A stretch of 64,000 bases of DNA from Escherichia coli (GCF_044647545.1 NZ_CP172818.1); one strand, 5' to 3'. Counted from the stretch's first letter, positions 1-12,778 are shown. The notes: generated by a model from the sequence alone, not told the origin. Translations and numbers: made by a program.

Positions 1-346
1 TAAAGATGACCCCGATTTCTCTATTTCTCTCGGCGCAGACGGTATTGAACGCAAACTGGAAATTGAAAAAGCGGTTACTGACGTTGCGGAATTGAACGGT
101 GAATTACGTAATCGTCAGTATCTTGTTGAGCAGCTAACAAAAGCAAATATCAACGATGTGAATTTTACGCCGTTTAAATATCAGTTAAGCCCGTCATTGC
201 CAGTGAAAAAAGACGGTCCGGGTAAGGCGATTATTGTGATCCTTTCTGCGATGATCGGCGGGATGGTGGCTTGTGGTGGCGTGCTGTTGCGCCATGCGAT
301 GGCATCCAGAAAACAGGATGCCGTGATGGAAGAGCACTTAGTTTAA
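1..346 (+). CDS. fepE: FepE (Wzz-like polysaccharide co-polymerase family), 3' portion only; 5' end lies upstream of the window
   Basis: Frame open from window edge (codons from pos 2) to TAA at 344-346; C-terminal hydrophobic helix AIIVILSAMIGGMVACGGVLL; sits divergent to fepC as in the E. coli fep locus. Confidence 0.8.
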   Translation, partial: KDDPDFSISLGADGIERKLEIEKAVTDVAELNGELRNRQYLVEQLTKANINDVNFTPFKYQLSPSLPVKKDGPGKAIIVILSAMIGGMVACGGVLLRHAMASRKQDAVMEEHLV

Positions 347-1158
347 ATCTTGGCAGTTGAAGGTGCCGTTCGTCCGAGCGGCACCACGAGCGGAGTTCCG
401 GCTACCGGATCGTCAATAATCATGCAGCGCAGACCATAAATGCGCTCGATCAATTCAGCAGTGACAATCTCCTTCGGCGCTCCCTGAGCAACAATTTTCC
501 CTTCCCGCAATGCAATCAAATGGCTGGCGTAACGACAGGCCTGATTAAGATCGTGCAGCACCGCCGCCAGGGTATAGCCTTTCTCGCGGTTCAGTTCGCT
601 TAACAGTTCCAGCAAATCAATCTGATGACTGATATCCAGCCAGGTCGTGGGTTCATCGAGCAGCATAATTGCCGTTTCCTGGGCCAGCACCATTGCTATC
701 CACGCTCGCTGGCGTTGTCCGCCAGAAAGGGTATCCACGCTTTGATCTGCCAGATGAGTGATTCCCGTGGCCTGCATCGCTTTCGTTACCGCGTCTTCAT
801 CCTCTTTGCGCCAGCGGGTAAACAGCGGTTGATGCGGGTAACGTCCACGCGCCACCAGCTCCTGCACGGTGATATCGCCCGGCGTGGTAGCATTTTGCGC
901 CAACAGACCAATCCGGCGTGCAACCTCTTTACTGGCGTAATGTTGAATGTGCTCACCATCCAGCCAGACATGCCCGTGAGCAGGTGTCATCAGGCGGCTT
1001 AAAGTACGCAGTAACGTGGATTTACCGCAGCCATTTGGCCCGATAATTGCCGTGAAGTGACCATCAGGTATTTCTACAGTCAGATTCTCCGCAACGGTAT
1101 ATTTGCCATATCCGAGGGTTAACTGTTCGCCGCGCAAACGGGCTACTGATTCGGTCAT
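343..1158 (-). CDS. fepC: Ferric enterobactin ABC transporter ATP-binding protein
   Basis: 271 aa from ATG at 1158 (ORF-track start 1299 is an upstream extension); Walker A GPNGCGKST, ABC signature LSGGQRQR, Walker B LLLDEPT; 4-bp overlap with fepG stop. Confidence 0.93.
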   Translation of the reverse strand: MTESVARLRGEQLTLGYGKYTVAENLTVEIPDGHFTAIIGPNGCGKSTLLRTLSRLMTPAHGHVWLDGEHIQHYASKEVARRIGLLAQNATTPGDITVQELVARGRYPHQPLFTRWRKEDEDAVTKAMQATGITHLADQSVDTLSGGQRQRAWIAMVLAQETAIMLLDEPTTWLDISHQIDLLELLSELNREKGYTLAAVLHDLNQACRYASHLIALREGKIVAQGAPKEIVTAELIERIYGLRCMIIDDPVAGTPLVVPLGRTAPSTAKI

Positions 1159-2147
1159 TTTTTGCGAGACTCCTGAATTAACAAGACGATAAGGTAAATA
1201 CCGCCGAGGCTGACGGTAACGACGCCAACCGGAAGTTGATACGGCATAAACAGTTGTTGGGCGCAGAGATCGGCCGCCAGCAGTAACAACGCCCCGCACA
1301 GCGCCGCCTGGGTCAGCCCCCAGCGAGCGGTGCCGCTAATGCGTCGGGCAATGTGCGGCGCGACTAAAGCAATAAAGGAAATCGGCCCGGCAAGCGCTGT
1401 TGCCGCAGCGGTAAGCACCACTGCAACCAGCATCATTAACAGACGCGAACGTTCGACGCTGACGCCCAGCGCACACGCGGTATCATCGCCCATTTCCAGC
1501 AAGCGCATCCGGCGTACCAGTAAGGCGGCGGCAATTAGCATCAATATAATGATGGGTGCGGAAGGCGAGGTTTTTGCCCACGTCAGGCCGTTGAGCGATC
1601 CGGCATTCCATAAACCCGCTGTTAGCGCCGTTTCTAAAGACGCTTTCAGCAACAGCCAGGTATTAAAGGCCACCAGCATGGCGCGAACGCCGATACCAAT
1701 AATAATCAACCGAAAGGTGTCGATGCCGTTACGCCAGGCGAGCAGCCAGACCAGCAGCGAAGTGACAATGCCGCCCACCATTGCTGCCAGCGCGATAGCC
1801 GTCAGATCCTGACCAAACAGCACCATCGCCACCAGCACGCCGCTCCACGCCCCGGTGTTAAAGCCCATTACGTCAGGGCTACCGAGCGGGTTACGCATCA
1901 GCGACTGAAAAATCGCGCCGCTGACGCCCAGAGCCGCGCCAATTAACAGCGCCATCAGCACGCGTGGTAAACGCCATTCAGTGACCACCATCGTCATACT
2001 GCGCGGCGCATCGCCCATCAGCGCGGCGAATACCTGCGAGGTTTCCAGCGTGACGGTACCGCTGCGTAATCCCCAGATACCTGCAACCACACAGGCGGTA
2101 ATTAGCAGCAAACAGGTGATGATTAATCGGCGAGAGACGTAAATCAT
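1155..2147 (-). CDS. fepG: Ferric enterobactin ABC transporter permease (FecCD family)
   Basis: 330 aa polytopic membrane protein; overlaps fepC and fepD by 4 bp each. Confidence 0.93.
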   Translation of the reverse strand: MIYVSRRLIITCLLLITACVVAGIWGLRSGTVTLETSQVFAALMGDAPRSMTMVVTEWRLPRVLMALLIGAALGVSGAIFQSLMRNPLGSPDVMGFNTGAWSGVLVAMVLFGQDLTAIALAAMVGGIVTSLLVWLLAWRNGIDTFRLIIIGIGVRAMLVAFNTWLLLKASLETALTAGLWNAGSLNGLTWAKTSPSAPIIILMLIAAALLVRRMRLLEMGDDTACALGVSVERSRLLMMLVAVVLTAAATALAGPISFIALVAPHIARRISGTARWGLTQAALCGALLLLAADLCAQQLFMPYQLPVGVVTVSLGGIYLIVLLIQESRKK

Positions 2148-3148
2148 GCGCCACCTCGCGTTTTACGTCGCACGAGGAAGATCAGCACCGGTGCGCCAAT
2201 AAAGGCACTGACTACAGAAACGCGTAACTCGCCGGGCACAATCACCCGCCCGATGATATCGGCAAACAGCAGCAGGGCAGGGGTGGCAAGTAGCGTGACG
2301 GGCAGCGACCAGCGATGATCGGCACCTACCAGCCAGCGCGCCATATGCGGCATCATCAGGCCAATAAAGGCAATCGGGCCAACTACCGCCGTCGCACTAC
2401 CACAAAGCACGGTAATCGCCAGCAGACCAATCAACTGTGTGCGCGCCACGCGGCTGCCCAGCGCCGTCGCGGTGTCACTGCCGAGGCTTAAACTGTTCAG
2501 CGCGCGGCTCAGTAATAGCGCGGTTGCTCCGGCGATCAGCACCGGGATCAGCACAACTTTTAAGGTATATAGATTGCGAATATCCAGCGAACCGGCTTGC
2601 CAGAAACGCAGTTGATCGTAGACGTCAGGATTAAGCAGGGCGATGCCGCTGGTCAGCCCTTCCAGCACCGCCGCCAGCGCCACGCCCGCCAGGGTTAAAC
2701 GCACCGGACTTAACTGCCCGCCGCCCTGGCTGCCGGTAAAGGCAACAATCAACGAGGCCACTAGCGCCCCGGCGAAGGCCATCGCCAGTTGTTCCTGCGC
2801 GGATGAGTATCCAAACAGCGCCGCACCCAGCACAATGGCAAAGCTGGCTCCGGCGTTTACGCCAAGCAAGCCGGGGTCGGCAAGTGGGTTTCGGGTGAGG
2901 GTTTGCATCAACGCCCCGGCAAGGCCAAGCGCACCGCCGGCCAGTAAACCGGCAAGGGTGCGCGGCAGTCGTGCGTCGAGCACGATGGTGCAGTCGGCGC
3001 TCTGGCAGGTGCCGGAGAGGGCCTCCAGCACTACGGAAGCGGGGAGTGATTTTGCTCCAATGAGCAGGCTTAATGCCGTCGCGATAATCAGTAATAACAG
3101 CAATCCGGGCACGGCAATGGCGCGTGTCACGGCAACAGAACCAGACAT
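2144..3148 (-). CDS. fepD: Ferric enterobactin ABC transporter permease (FecCD family)
   Basis: 334 aa from ATG at 3148 (MSGSVAVTRAIAV...); ORF-track start at 3160 adds 4 residues and remains a possible alternative. Confidence 0.9.
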   Translation of the reverse strand: MSGSVAVTRAIAVPGLLLLLIIATALSLLIGAKSLPASVVLEALSGTCQSADCTIVLDARLPRTLAGLLAGGALGLAGALMQTLTRNPLADPGLLGVNAGASFAIVLGAALFGYSSAQEQLAMAFAGALVASLIVAFTGSQGGGQLSPVRLTLAGVALAAVLEGLTSGIALLNPDVYDQLRFWQAGSLDIRNLYTLKVVLIPVLIAGATALLLSRALNSLSLGSDTATALGSRVARTQLIGLLAITVLCGSATAVVGPIAFIGLMMPHMARWLVGADHRWSLPVTLLATPALLLFADIIGRVIVPGELRVSVVSAFIGAPVLIFLVRRKTRGGA

Positions 3149-3160
3149 ACGAACTTCCAT

Positions 3161-3185
3161 GATAATGAAATTAATTATCGTTATC
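3161..3185. promoter_or_regulatory. Fur-box-like sequence in the divergent fepD / entS promoter region
   Basis: gataatgaaattaattatcgttatc resembles the GATAATGATAATCATTATC iron-box consensus; placed between divergent iron-uptake genes. Confidence 0.6.
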
Positions 3186-3258
3186 GATCTTATTTGGATA
3201 TGTTAGCATGTGCAGCCTAAGAATAGGTATTTAAAATATTTGATGGCAAGGCATTGTA

Positions 3259-4509
3259 ATGAATAAACAATCCTGGCTGCTTAACCTCAGCCTGTTGAAA
3301 ACGCACCCGGCGTTTCGCGCAGTATTCCTCGCTCGTTTTATCTCAATTGTGTCTCTGGGTTTGCTCGGCGTCGCGGTGCCGGTGCAGATCCAGATGATGA
3401 CGCATTCTACCTGGCAGGTGGGGCTTTCGGTGACGCTGACCGGCGGCGCGATGTTTGTTGGCCTGATGGTCGGCGGTGTGCTGGCGGATCGCTATGAGCG
3501 TAAAAAAGTGATTTTGCTGGCGCGCGGCACCTGTGGCATTGGCTTCATTGGACTGTGCCTGAACGCGCTGCTGCCGGAGCCGTCATTGCTGGCAATCTAT
3601 TTACTTGGTTTATGGGATGGTTTTTTCGCATCACTTGGCGTTACGGCGCTACTGGCGGCGACACCTGCACTGGTAGGGCGTGAAAACCTAATGCAGGCCG
3701 GGGCGATCACCATGTTGACTGTGCGTCTGGGATCGGTGATTTCGCCCATGATTGGCGGTTTACTGCTGGCGACCGGAGGCGTAGCCTGGAACTACGGGCT
3801 GGCGGCGGCGGGCACGTTTATTACCTTGCTACCGTTGTTAAGCCTTCCGGCGTTGCCACCACCGCCGCAGCCGCGTGAGCATCCGTTGAAATCATTACTG
3901 GCAGGATTTCGTTTTCTACTCGCCAGCCCGCTGGTGGGAGGGATTGCGTTGCTGGGTGGTTTATTGACGATGGCGAGCGCGGTGCGGGTCCTGTATCCGG
4001 CGCTGGCTGACAACTGGCAGATGTCGGCGGCACAGATTGGTTTTCTCTATGCGGCGATTCCGCTCGGCGCGGCTATTGGCGCGTTAACCAGCGGGAAGCT
4101 GGCACATAGTGCGCGACCAGGGTTATTGATGCTGCTCTCCACGCTGGGATCGTTCCTTGCCATTGGTCTGTTTGGCCTGATGCCGATGTGGATTTTAGGC
4201 GTGGTTTGCCTGGCGCTGTTCGGTTGGTTGAGCGCGGTTAGTTCGTTGCTGCAATATACAATGCTGCAAACGCAAACCCCGGAAGCGATGTTAGGGCGGA
4301 TTAACGGTTTGTGGACGGCGCAAAACGTGACGGGCGATGCCATAGGCGCAGCGCTGCTGGGCGGTTTGGGCGCGATGATGACACCGGTTGCTTCCGCAAG
4401 CGCGAGCGGTTTTGGTTTGTTGATTATCGGCGTGTTGTTATTGCTGGTGCTGGTGGAGTTGCGACGTTTTCGCCAGACGCCGCCGCAGATGACAGCGTCC
4501 GACAGTTAA
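3259..4509 (+). CDS. entS: Enterobactin exporter, MFS transporter
   Basis: 416 aa, about 12 hydrophobic segments; divergent from fepD with an iron-box-like sequence between them. Confidence 0.93.
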   Translation: MNKQSWLLNLSLLKTHPAFRAVFLARFISIVSLGLLGVAVPVQIQMMTHSTWQVGLSVTLTGGAMFVGLMVGGVLADRYERKKVILLARGTCGIGFIGLCLNALLPEPSLLAIYLLGLWDGFFASLGVTALLAATPALVGRENLMQAGAITMLTVRLGSVISPMIGGLLLATGGVAWNYGLAAAGTFITLLPLLSLPALPPPPQPREHPLKSLLAGFRFLLASPLVGGIALLGGLLTMASAVRVLYPALADNWQMSAAQIGFLYAAIPLGAAIGALTSGKLAHSARPGLLMLLSTLGSFLAIGLFGLMPMWILGVVCLALFGWLSAVSSLLQYTMLQTQTPEAMLGRINGLWTAQNVTGDAIGAALLGGLGAMMTPVASASASGFGLLIIGVLLLLVLVELRRFRQTPPQMTASDS

Positions 4510-4512
4510 TGC

Positions 4513-5469
4513 TTAAAACAGCGCCTTAAGTCGTTCCAGCACTTGCATGGCGCTGTAGTAATCCAGGCGGAACGTCTCGGTTCCCAGCGCATAAACCTGC
4601 TTGTTTTGTACTGCAGGCAGGTGCGCGAGCAGTGGATTGGCATAAATCGCATCGGCATCTTTCTGATCACCAGCGAACAGGAATAGTGAATCGCCATTTA
4701 ACCCTGCAGCCAGATTTTCTCCACCAAGCTGAATGATGTCATGGCGTTTGCCCTGGCTTTGGCTGGCGTTTAACCCTGCGGGCAATTTCGCCAACGTAAA
4801 GCCGAGTTGTTCCAGCATCTGCCCTTGTGCTGATTCCGGCGTCCAGAGATTGGCACTGTGTGCAGCGGCGGTATAGACAATGGCAGTGACCGGCTGCGGC
4901 GGTAATTTGATTTGCTCTTTCGCCGCCGCCAGTTGCTTATCAAACTGTGCAATCCGCTCTGCCGCTTGTTTCTCATGCCCGGTAATTTCGCCAAGCTGCG
5001 TTAACAGCGACTGCCAGCTTTTGTCGTCGTAATTGATGATTAATGTTGGGGCGATGGTAGAAAGCTGATCGTACAGCGCCAGCGCCGAATCGCCGCCGGT
5101 TGCGCTAATTAAAATCAGATCCGGCATTTGCGCGGCAACGGCTTCGGCGCTCGGTTCGCCGATATAGATCCGTTGCAGTTTGCGTTCTTTCGCCACCTTG
5201 CTCCACTGGCGTAAAAAGCCCTGGTCATCCGCGACGCGGTTATTTGGCGTGGTCGCGCCGCTGGCGATCACCGGAGCATCAATCGCCAGCAGTGAGCCGG
5301 TCAGGGTGACGCTGGTGGAAACTATACGCTGCGGCTGGCTTTCCAGGGTATGAGTGCCCCGGCTGTCAGTAATCTGACGCGGCCAGTCGGCGGCCTGAAC
5401 TGCGACTATTCCTGAAAGCAAAAGTCCTGTTAATAGAAGGGCGTTGCGGTAGAGCGGGGCGAGTCTCAC
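4513..5469 (-). CDS. fepB: Ferric enterobactin periplasmic binding protein
   Basis: 318 aa; N-terminal signal peptide [26 protein letters not shown]; convergent with entS (3-bp gap). Confidence 0.93.
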   Translation of the reverse strand: MRLAPLYRNALLLTGLLLSGIVAVQAADWPRQITDSRGTHTLESQPQRIVSTSVTLTGSLLAIDAPVIASGATTPNNRVADDQGFLRQWSKVAKERKLQRIYIGEPSAEAVAAQMPDLILISATGGDSALALYDQLSTIAPTLIINYDDKSWQSLLTQLGEITGHEKQAAERIAQFDKQLAAAKEQIKLPPQPVTAIVYTAAAHSANLWTPESAQGQMLEQLGFTLAKLPAGLNASQSQGKRHDIIQLGGENLAAGLNGDSLFLFAGDQKDADAIYANPLLAHLPAVQNKQVYALGTETFRLDYYSAMQVLERLKALF

Positions 5470-5610
5470 AAATTAGCTTCCTGTTATTAATAGAGTTAAT
5501 GCTTCTCATTTTCATTGTAACCACAAACAGATGCAACCCCGAGTTGCAGATTGCGTTACCTCAAGAGTTGACATAGTGCGCGTTTGCTTTTAGGTTAGCG
5601 ACCGAAAATA

Positions 5611-5631
5611 TAAATGATAATCATTATTAAA
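5611..5631. promoter_or_regulatory. Fur box in the divergent fepB / entC promoter region
   Basis: taaatgataatcattattaaa is a near-consensus iron box; a second AT-rich half-match (ttattaatagagttaatg) lies near 5485-5505. Confidence 0.7.
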
Positions 5632-5657
5632 GCCTTTATCATTTTGTGGAGGATGAT

Positions 5658-6833
5658 ATGGATACGTCACTGGCTGAGGAAGTACAGCAGACCATGGCAA
5701 CACTTGCGCCCAATCGCTTTTTCTTTATGTCGCCGTACCGCAGTTTTACGACGTCAGGATGTTTCGCCCGCTTCGATGAACCGGCTGTGAACGGGGATTC
5801 GCCCGACAGTCCCTTCCAGCAAAAACTCGCCGCGCTGTTTGCCGATGCCAAAGCGCAGGGCATCAAAAATCCGGTGATGGTCGGGGCGATTCCCTTCGAT
5901 CCACGTCAGCCTTCGTCGCTGTATATTCCCGAATCCTGGCAGTCGTTCTCCCGTCAGGAAAAACAAGCTTCCGCACGCCGTTTCACCCGCAGCCAGTCGC
6001 TGAACGTGGTGGAACGTCAGGCCATTCCGGAACAAGCCACGTTTGAACAGATGGTTGCCCGTGCTGCCGCACTTACCGCCACGCCGCAGGTCGACAAAGT
6101 GGTGTTGTCACGGTTGATTGATATCACCACTGACGCCGCCATTGATAGTGGCGTATTGCTGGAACGGTTGATTGCGCAAAACCCGGTTAGTTACAACTTC
6201 CATGTTCCGTTGGCTGATGGTGGCGTTCTGCTGGGGGCCAGCCCGGAACTGCTGCTACGTAAAGACGGCGAGCGTTTTAGCTCCATTCCGTTAGCCGGTT
6301 CCGCGCGTCGTCAGCCGGATGAAGTGCTCGATCGCGAAGCGGGTAATCGTCTGCTGGCGTCAGAAAAAGATCGCCATGAACATGAACTGGTGACTCAGGC
6401 GATGAAAGAGGTACTGCGCGAACGCAGTAGTGAGTTACACGTTCCTTCCTCTCCACAACTGATCACCACGCCGACGCTGTGGCATCTCGCAACGCCCTTT
6501 GAAGGTAAAGCGAATTTGCAAGAAAACGCACTGACTCTGGCCTGTCTGCTGCATCCGACCCCCGCGTTGAGCGGTTTCCCGCATCAGGCCGCGACTCAGG
6601 TTATTGCTGAACTGGAGCCGTTCGACCGCGAACTGTTTGGCGGCATTGTGGGTTGGTGTGACAGCGAAGGTAACGGCGAATGGGTTGTGACCATCCGCTG
6701 CGCGAAGCTGCGGGAAAATCAGGTGCGTCTGTTTGCCGGAGCGGGGATTGTGCCTGCGTCGTCACCGTTGGGTGAGTGGCGCGAAACGGGCGTCAAACTT
6801 TCTACCATGTTGAACGTTTTTGGATTGCATTAA
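5658..6833 (+). CDS. entC: Isochorismate synthase
   Basis: 391 aa from ATG at 5658 (ORF-track GTG at 5646 is an extension); first gene of entCEBAH operon; Fur-box-like sequence upstream. Confidence 0.93.
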   Translation: MDTSLAEEVQQTMATLAPNRFFFMSPYRSFTTSGCFARFDEPAVNGDSPDSPFQQKLAALFADAKAQGIKNPVMVGAIPFDPRQPSSLYIPESWQSFSRQEKQASARRFTRSQSLNVVERQAIPEQATFEQMVARAAALTATPQVDKVVLSRLIDITTDAAIDSGVLLERLIAQNPVSYNFHVPLADGGVLLGASPELLLRKDGERFSSIPLAGSARRQPDEVLDREAGNRLLASEKDRHEHELVTQAMKEVLRERSSELHVPSSPQLITTPTLWHLATPFEGKANLQENALTLACLLHPTPALSGFPHQAATQVIAELEPFDRELFGGIVGWCDSEGNGEWVVTIRCAKLRENQVRLFAGAGIVPASSPLGEWRETGVKLSTMLNVFGLH

Positions 6834-6842
6834 GGAGCGAGG

Positions 6843-8453
6843 ATGAGCATTCCATTTACCCGCTGGCCGGAAGAGTTTGCCTGTCGCTATCGGGAAAAAG
6901 GCTACTGGCAGGATTTGCCGCTGACCGACATTCTGACGCGACATGCTGCGAGTGACAGCATCGCGGTTATCGACGGCGAGCGGCAGTTGAGTTACCGGGA
7001 GCTGAATCAGGCGGCGGATAACCTCGCGTGTAGTTTGCGCCGTCAGGGCATTAAACCTGGTGAAACCGCGCTGGTACAGCTGGGTAACGTCGCTGAATTG
7101 TATATTACCTTTTTCGCGCTGCTGAAACTGGGCGTTGCGCCGGTGCTGGCGCTGTTCAGCCATCAGCGTAGTGAACTGAACGCCTACGCCAGCCAGATTG
7201 AACCGGCGTTACTGATTGCCGATCGCCAACATGCGCTGTTTAGCGGGGATGATTTCCTCAACACATTTGTTGCAGGGCATTCTTCCATTCGCGTGGTGCA
7301 ACTTCACAACGACAGCGGTGAGCATAACTTGCAGGATGCGATTAACCATCCGGCTGAGGATTTTACTGCCACGCCATCTCCTGCTGATGAAGTGGCCTAT
7401 TTCCAGCTTTCCGGCGGAACCACCGGCACACCGAAACTCATCCCACGCACTCATAATGACTATTACTACAGCGTGCGTCGTAGCGTCGAGATTTGTCAGT
7501 TCACACAACAGACGCGCTACCTGTGCGCGATCCCGGCGGCTCATAACTACGCCATGAGTTCACCGGGATCGTTGGGGGTATTTCTCGCTGGCGGCACTGT
7601 CGTTCTGGCTGCCGACCCCAGCGCCACGCTTTGCTTCCCATTGATTGAAAAACATCAGGTGAACGTCACCGCGCTGGTGCCACCAGCAGTCAGCCTGTGG
7701 TTACAAGCGCTGACCGAAGGTGAAAGCCGGACGCAGCTTGCTTCCCTGAAACTGTTACAGGTCGGCGGCGCCCGTCTTTCTGCCACGCTGGCAGCGCGTA
7801 TTCCCGTAGAGATTGGCTGCCAGTTACAGCAGGTGTTCGGTATGGCGGAAGGGCTGGTGAACTACACCCGACTTGATGATAGCGCGGAGAAAATTATCCA
7901 TACCCAGGGTTACCCAATGTGTCCGGACGATGAAGTGTGGGTTGCCGATGCCGAAGGAAATCCACTGCCGCAAGGGGAAGTTGGACGCCTGATGACCCGC
8001 GGTCCGTACACCTTCCGTGGCTATTACAAAAGCCCGCAGCACAATGCCAGCGCCTTTGATGCCAACGGTTTTTACTGTTCCGGCGATCTGATCTCTATTG
8101 ATCCAGAGGGTTACATCACTGTGCAGGGGCGCGAGAAAGATCAGATCAACCGTGGCGGCGAGAAGATCGCTGCCGAAGAGATCGAAAACCTGCTGCTGCG
8201 CCATCCGGCGGTGATCTACGCCGCACTGGTGAGCATGGAAGATGAGCTGATGGGCGAAAAAAGCTGTGCTTATCTGGTGGTAAAAGAGCCGCTGCGCGCG
8301 GTGCAGGTGCGTCGTTTCCTGCGTGAACAGGGTATTGCCGAATTTAAATTACCGGATCGCGTGGAGTGTGTGGATTCACTTCCGCTGACGGCGGTCGGGA
8401 AAGTCGATAAAAAACAATTACGTCAGTGGCTGGCGTCACGCGCATCAGCCTGA
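6843..8453 (+). CDS. entE: 2,3-dihydroxybenzoate-AMP ligase (adenylation enzyme)
   Basis: 536 aa; adenylate-forming core motif SGGTTGTPK. Confidence 0.95.
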   Translation: MSIPFTRWPEEFACRYREKGYWQDLPLTDILTRHAASDSIAVIDGERQLSYRELNQAADNLACSLRRQGIKPGETALVQLGNVAELYITFFALLKLGVAPVLALFSHQRSELNAYASQIEPALLIADRQHALFSGDDFLNTFVAGHSSIRVVQLHNDSGEHNLQDAINHPAEDFTATPSPADEVAYFQLSGGTTGTPKLIPRTHNDYYYSVRRSVEICQFTQQTRYLCAIPAAHNYAMSSPGSLGVFLAGGTVVLAADPSATLCFPLIEKHQVNVTALVPPAVSLWLQALTEGESRTQLASLKLLQVGGARLSATLAARIPVEIGCQLQQVFGMAEGLVNYTRLDDSAEKIIHTQGYPMCPDDEVWVADAEGNPLPQGEVGRLMTRGPYTFRGYYKSPQHNASAFDANGFYCSGDLISIDPEGYITVQGREKDQINRGGEKIAAEEIENLLLRHPAVIYAALVSMEDELMGEKSCAYLVVKEPLRAVQVRRFLREQGIAEFKLPDRVECVDSLPLTAVGKVDKKQLRQWLASRASA

Positions 8454-8466
8454 AGGAGAGAACACG

Positions 8467-9323
8467 ATGGCTATTCCAAAATTACAGGCTTACGCACTGC
8501 CGGAGTCTCACGATATTCCTAAGAATAAAGTCGACTGGGCCTTTGAACCGCAACGTGCCGCGTTGTTAATCCATGATATGCAGGACTATTTTGTCAGCTT
8601 CTGGGGCGAGAACTGCCCGATGATGGAGCAGGTGATCGCGAATATTGCGGCACTACGCGACTACTGCAAACAGCACAATATCCCGGTTTATTACACCGCC
8701 CAGCCGAAAGAGCAGAGCGATGAAGATCGGGCGCTGTTGAATGATATGTGGGGGCCAGGCCTGACCCGTTCGCCGGAACAGCAAAAGGTGGTGGATCGCC
8801 TGACGCCAGATGCCGACGACACGGTGCTGGTGAAGTGGCGCTACAGCGCGTTTCATCGTTCCCCGCTGGAGCAAATGCTGAAAGAGAGTGGACGTAACCA
8901 GCTGATTATTACCGGGGTATATGCCCACATTGGCTGTATGACCACCGCAACGGACGCATTTATGCGCGATATTAAACCGTTTATGGTGGCAGATGCGCTG
9001 GCCGATTTCAGCCGTGACGAGCATTTGATGTCGCTGAAATATGTGGCCGGACGTTCTGGCCGGGTGGTGATGACCGAAGAATTGCTGCCAGCACCTATCC
9101 CCGCCAGCAAAGCGGCGCTGCGTGAGGTGATCCTGCCGTTGCTGGACGAGTCCGATGAACCGTTCGATGATGACAACCTGATCGACTACGGTCTGGATTC
9201 GGTGCGGATGATGGCGCTGGCGGCGCGCTGGCGCAAAGTGCATAGCGATATCGACTTTGTCATGCTGGCGAAAAACCCGACCATCGACGCCTGGTGGAAG
9301 CTACTTTCCCGCGAGGTGAAATA

Positions 9324-9324
<1 letters not shown>
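8467..9324 (+). CDS. entB: Isochorismatase / aryl carrier protein
   Basis: 285 aa; C-terminal carrier domain with phosphopantetheine-site Ser in GLDSVRMM; stop overlaps entA start by 1 bp. Confidence 0.95.
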
Positions 9325-10486
<1,162 letters not shown>

Positions 10487-10666
10487 GCCCGACAGAATTA
10501 AATGAGATTGCAGGAAAACGCGGTTAACGGAGTGATCGAGTTAACATTGTTAAGTTAAATATTGGTTTCAACTCTGATTTACATGGTTGCTGTGTTGTTA
10601 AATTGTACAAAGATGTTATAGAAACAAAATGTAACATCTCTATGGACACGCACACGGATAACAACT
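10487..10666 (+). promoter_or_regulatory. cstA promoter and leader (expected CRP and CsrA control region)
   Basis: 180-bp AT-rich non-coding region upstream of cstA; GGA-containing leader near the start codon; exact sites not resolved by eye. Confidence 0.4.
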
Positions 10667-12772
10667 ATGAACAAATCAGGGAAATACCTCGTCTGGACAG
10701 TGCTCTCTGTAATGGGAGCATTTGCTCTGGGATACATTGCTTTAAATCGTGGGGAACAGATCAACGCGCTGTGGATTGTGGTGGCGTCGGTCTGTATCTA
10801 TCTGATCGCTTACCGTTTTTATGGGTTGTATATCGCCAAAAATGTGCTGGCGGTTGACCCGACGCGTATGACGCCAGCGGTGCGCCATAACGACGGGCTG
10901 GACTATGTGCCGACGGACAAGAAAGTGCTGTTCGGTCACCATTTTGCGGCCATTGCCGGAGCTGGCCCGCTGGTGGGGCCGGTACTGGCGGCGCAAATGG
11001 GTTACCTGCCAGGGATGATCTGGCTGCTCGCCGGGGTGGTTCTCGCCGGTGCGGTGCAGGATTTCATGGTGCTGTTTGTTTCTACGCGCCGTGACGGTCG
11101 CTCGCTGGGTGAGCTGGTCAAAGAAGAGATGGGGCCAACCGCCGGGGTGATAGCGCTGGTGGCCTGCTTTATGATCATGGTCATTATCCTTGCCGTGCTG
11201 GCGATGATCGTGGTGAAAGCCCTGACTCATAGCCCGTGGGGAACGTATACCGTTGCGTTCACCATTCCGCTGGCGCTGTTTATGGGGATCTACCTGCGCT
11301 ATTTGCGTCCGGGGCGTATTGGCGAAGTGTCGGTGATTGGTCTGGTGTTCCTGATTTTCGCCATTATCTCTGGCGGCTGGGTGGCAGAAAGCCCGACCTG
11401 GGCACCGTACTTTGACTTTACCGGCGTGCAGCTGACCTGGATGCTGGTGGGCTACGGTTTTGTGGCGGCGGTGCTGCCGGTGTGGTTGCTGCTGGCCCCG
11501 CGCGACTACCTCTCAACCTTCCTGAAAATCGGGACTATCGTCGGTCTGGCGGTAGGCATTCTGATTATGCGCCCGACGCTGACCATGCCTGCGCTAACTA
11601 AATTTGTCGATGGCACTGGCCCGGTATGGACCGGTAACCTGTTCCCGTTCCTGTTTATCACCATCGCCTGTGGCGCGGTGTCTGGCTTCCATGCACTGAT
11701 CTCTTCCGGCACTACACCGAAGATGCTGGCGAACGAAGGGCAGGCGTGCTTTATCGGCTACGGTGGGATGTTGATGGAATCCTTCGTGGCGATTATGGCG
11801 CTGGTTTCCGCCTGTATCATCGATCCGGGTGTGTACTTCGCCATGAACAGCCCGATGGCGGTGCTGGCTCCGGCAGGGACGGCGGATGTGGTTGCTTCTG
11901 CCGCGCAGGTGGTGAGTAGCTGGGGCTTTGCGATTACCCCGGATACGCTAAACCAGATTGCCAGCGAAGTGGGTGAACAGTCGATCATTTCCCGTGCGGG
12001 CGGTGCGCCGACCCTGGCGGTGGGGATGGCCTACATTCTGCACGGTGCGCTGGGCGGCATGATGGATGTGGCGTTCTGGTATCACTTCGCCATTCTGTTT
12101 GAAGCACTGTTTATTCTGACGGCGGTGGATGCAGGTACGCGTGCTGCGCGCTTTATGTTGCAGGATCTGCTGGGCGTGGTGTCTCCGGGCCTGAAACGGA
12201 CCGATTCACTGCCTGCTAACCTGCTGGCAACGGCGCTGTGCGTACTGGCGTGGGGCTACTTCCTCCATCAGGGCGTGGTCGATCCGCTGGGCGGTATTAA
12301 CACTCTGTGGCCGCTGTTTGGTATTGCCAACCAGATGCTGGCAGGGATGGCGCTGATGCTCTGTGCTGTGGTGCTGTTCAAAATGAAACGTCAACGTTAC
12401 GCCTGGGTGGCGCTGGTACCAACGGCCTGGCTGCTGATTTGTACCCTGACCGCAGGCTGGCAGAAAGCGTTTAGCCTGGATGCAAAAGTCGGCTTCCTGG
12501 CGATTGCTAACAAGTTCCAGGCAATGATCGACAGCGGCAATATTCCGTCGCAGTATACCGAGTCACAGCTGGCGCAACTGGTGTTCAACAACCGTCTGGA
12601 TGCCGGGTTAACCATCTTCTTTATGGTGGTCGTGGTGGTTCTGGCACTGTTCTCGATTAAGACGGCACTGGCGGCATTGAAAGAGCCGAAGCCAACGGCG
12701 AAAGAAACGCCGTATGAGCCGATGCCGGAAAATGTCGAGGAGATCGTGGCGCAGGCAAAAGGCGCGCACTAA
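10667..12772 (+). CDS. cstA: Carbon starvation protein A (peptide/pyruvate transporter family)
   Basis: 701 aa polytopic membrane protein. Confidence 0.95.
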   Translation: MNKSGKYLVWTVLSVMGAFALGYIALNRGEQINALWIVVASVCIYLIAYRFYGLYIAKNVLAVDPTRMTPAVRHNDGLDYVPTDKKVLFGHHFAAIAGAGPLVGPVLAAQMGYLPGMIWLLAGVVLAGAVQDFMVLFVSTRRDGRSLGELVKEEMGPTAGVIALVACFMIMVIILAVLAMIVVKALTHSPWGTYTVAFTIPLALFMGIYLRYLRPGRIGEVSVIGLVFLIFAIISGGWVAESPTWAPYFDFTGVQLTWMLVGYGFVAAVLPVWLLLAPRDYLSTFLKIGTIVGLAVGILIMRPTLTMPALTKFVDGTGPVWTGNLFPFLFITIACGAVSGFHALISSGTTPKMLANEGQACFIGYGGMLMESFVAIMALVSACIIDPGVYFAMNSPMAVLAPAGTADVVASAAQVVSSWGFAITPDTLNQIASEVGEQSIISRAGGAPTLAVGMAYILHGALGGMMDVAFWYHFAILFEALFILTAVDAGTRAARFMLQDLLGVVSPGLKRTDSLPANLLATALCVLAWGYFLHQGVVDPLGGINTLWPLFGIANQMLAGMALMLCAVVLFKMKRQRYAWVALVPTAWLLICTLTAGWQKAFSLDAKVGFLAIANKFQAMIDSGNIPSQYTESQLAQLVFNNRLDAGLTIFFMVVVVVLALFSIKTALAALKEPKPTAKETPYEPMPENVEEIVAQAKGAH

Positions 12773-12778
12773 AGTCAG

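Noticed and set aside
343-1299. ORF-track N-terminal extensions (fepC 318 aa, and similarly entC, entA, citC, dpiB, cspE, leuS, ahpF, dsbG, rna, ybeR and others)
   Set aside because: Many ORF-track starts are upstream GTG/TTG or spurious ATG codons. Downstream ATGs with SD-like sequences give proteins that begin with recognisable N-termini and match expected lengths, so starts were trimmed.
8653-9243. 196-aa minus-strand ORF
   Set aside because: Antisense to entB; no motifs, His/Gln-rich, explained by the entB coding frame.
10603-10857. 84-aa plus-strand ORF overlapping the cstA start
   Set aside because: Out of frame with and largely inside cstA; no independent support.
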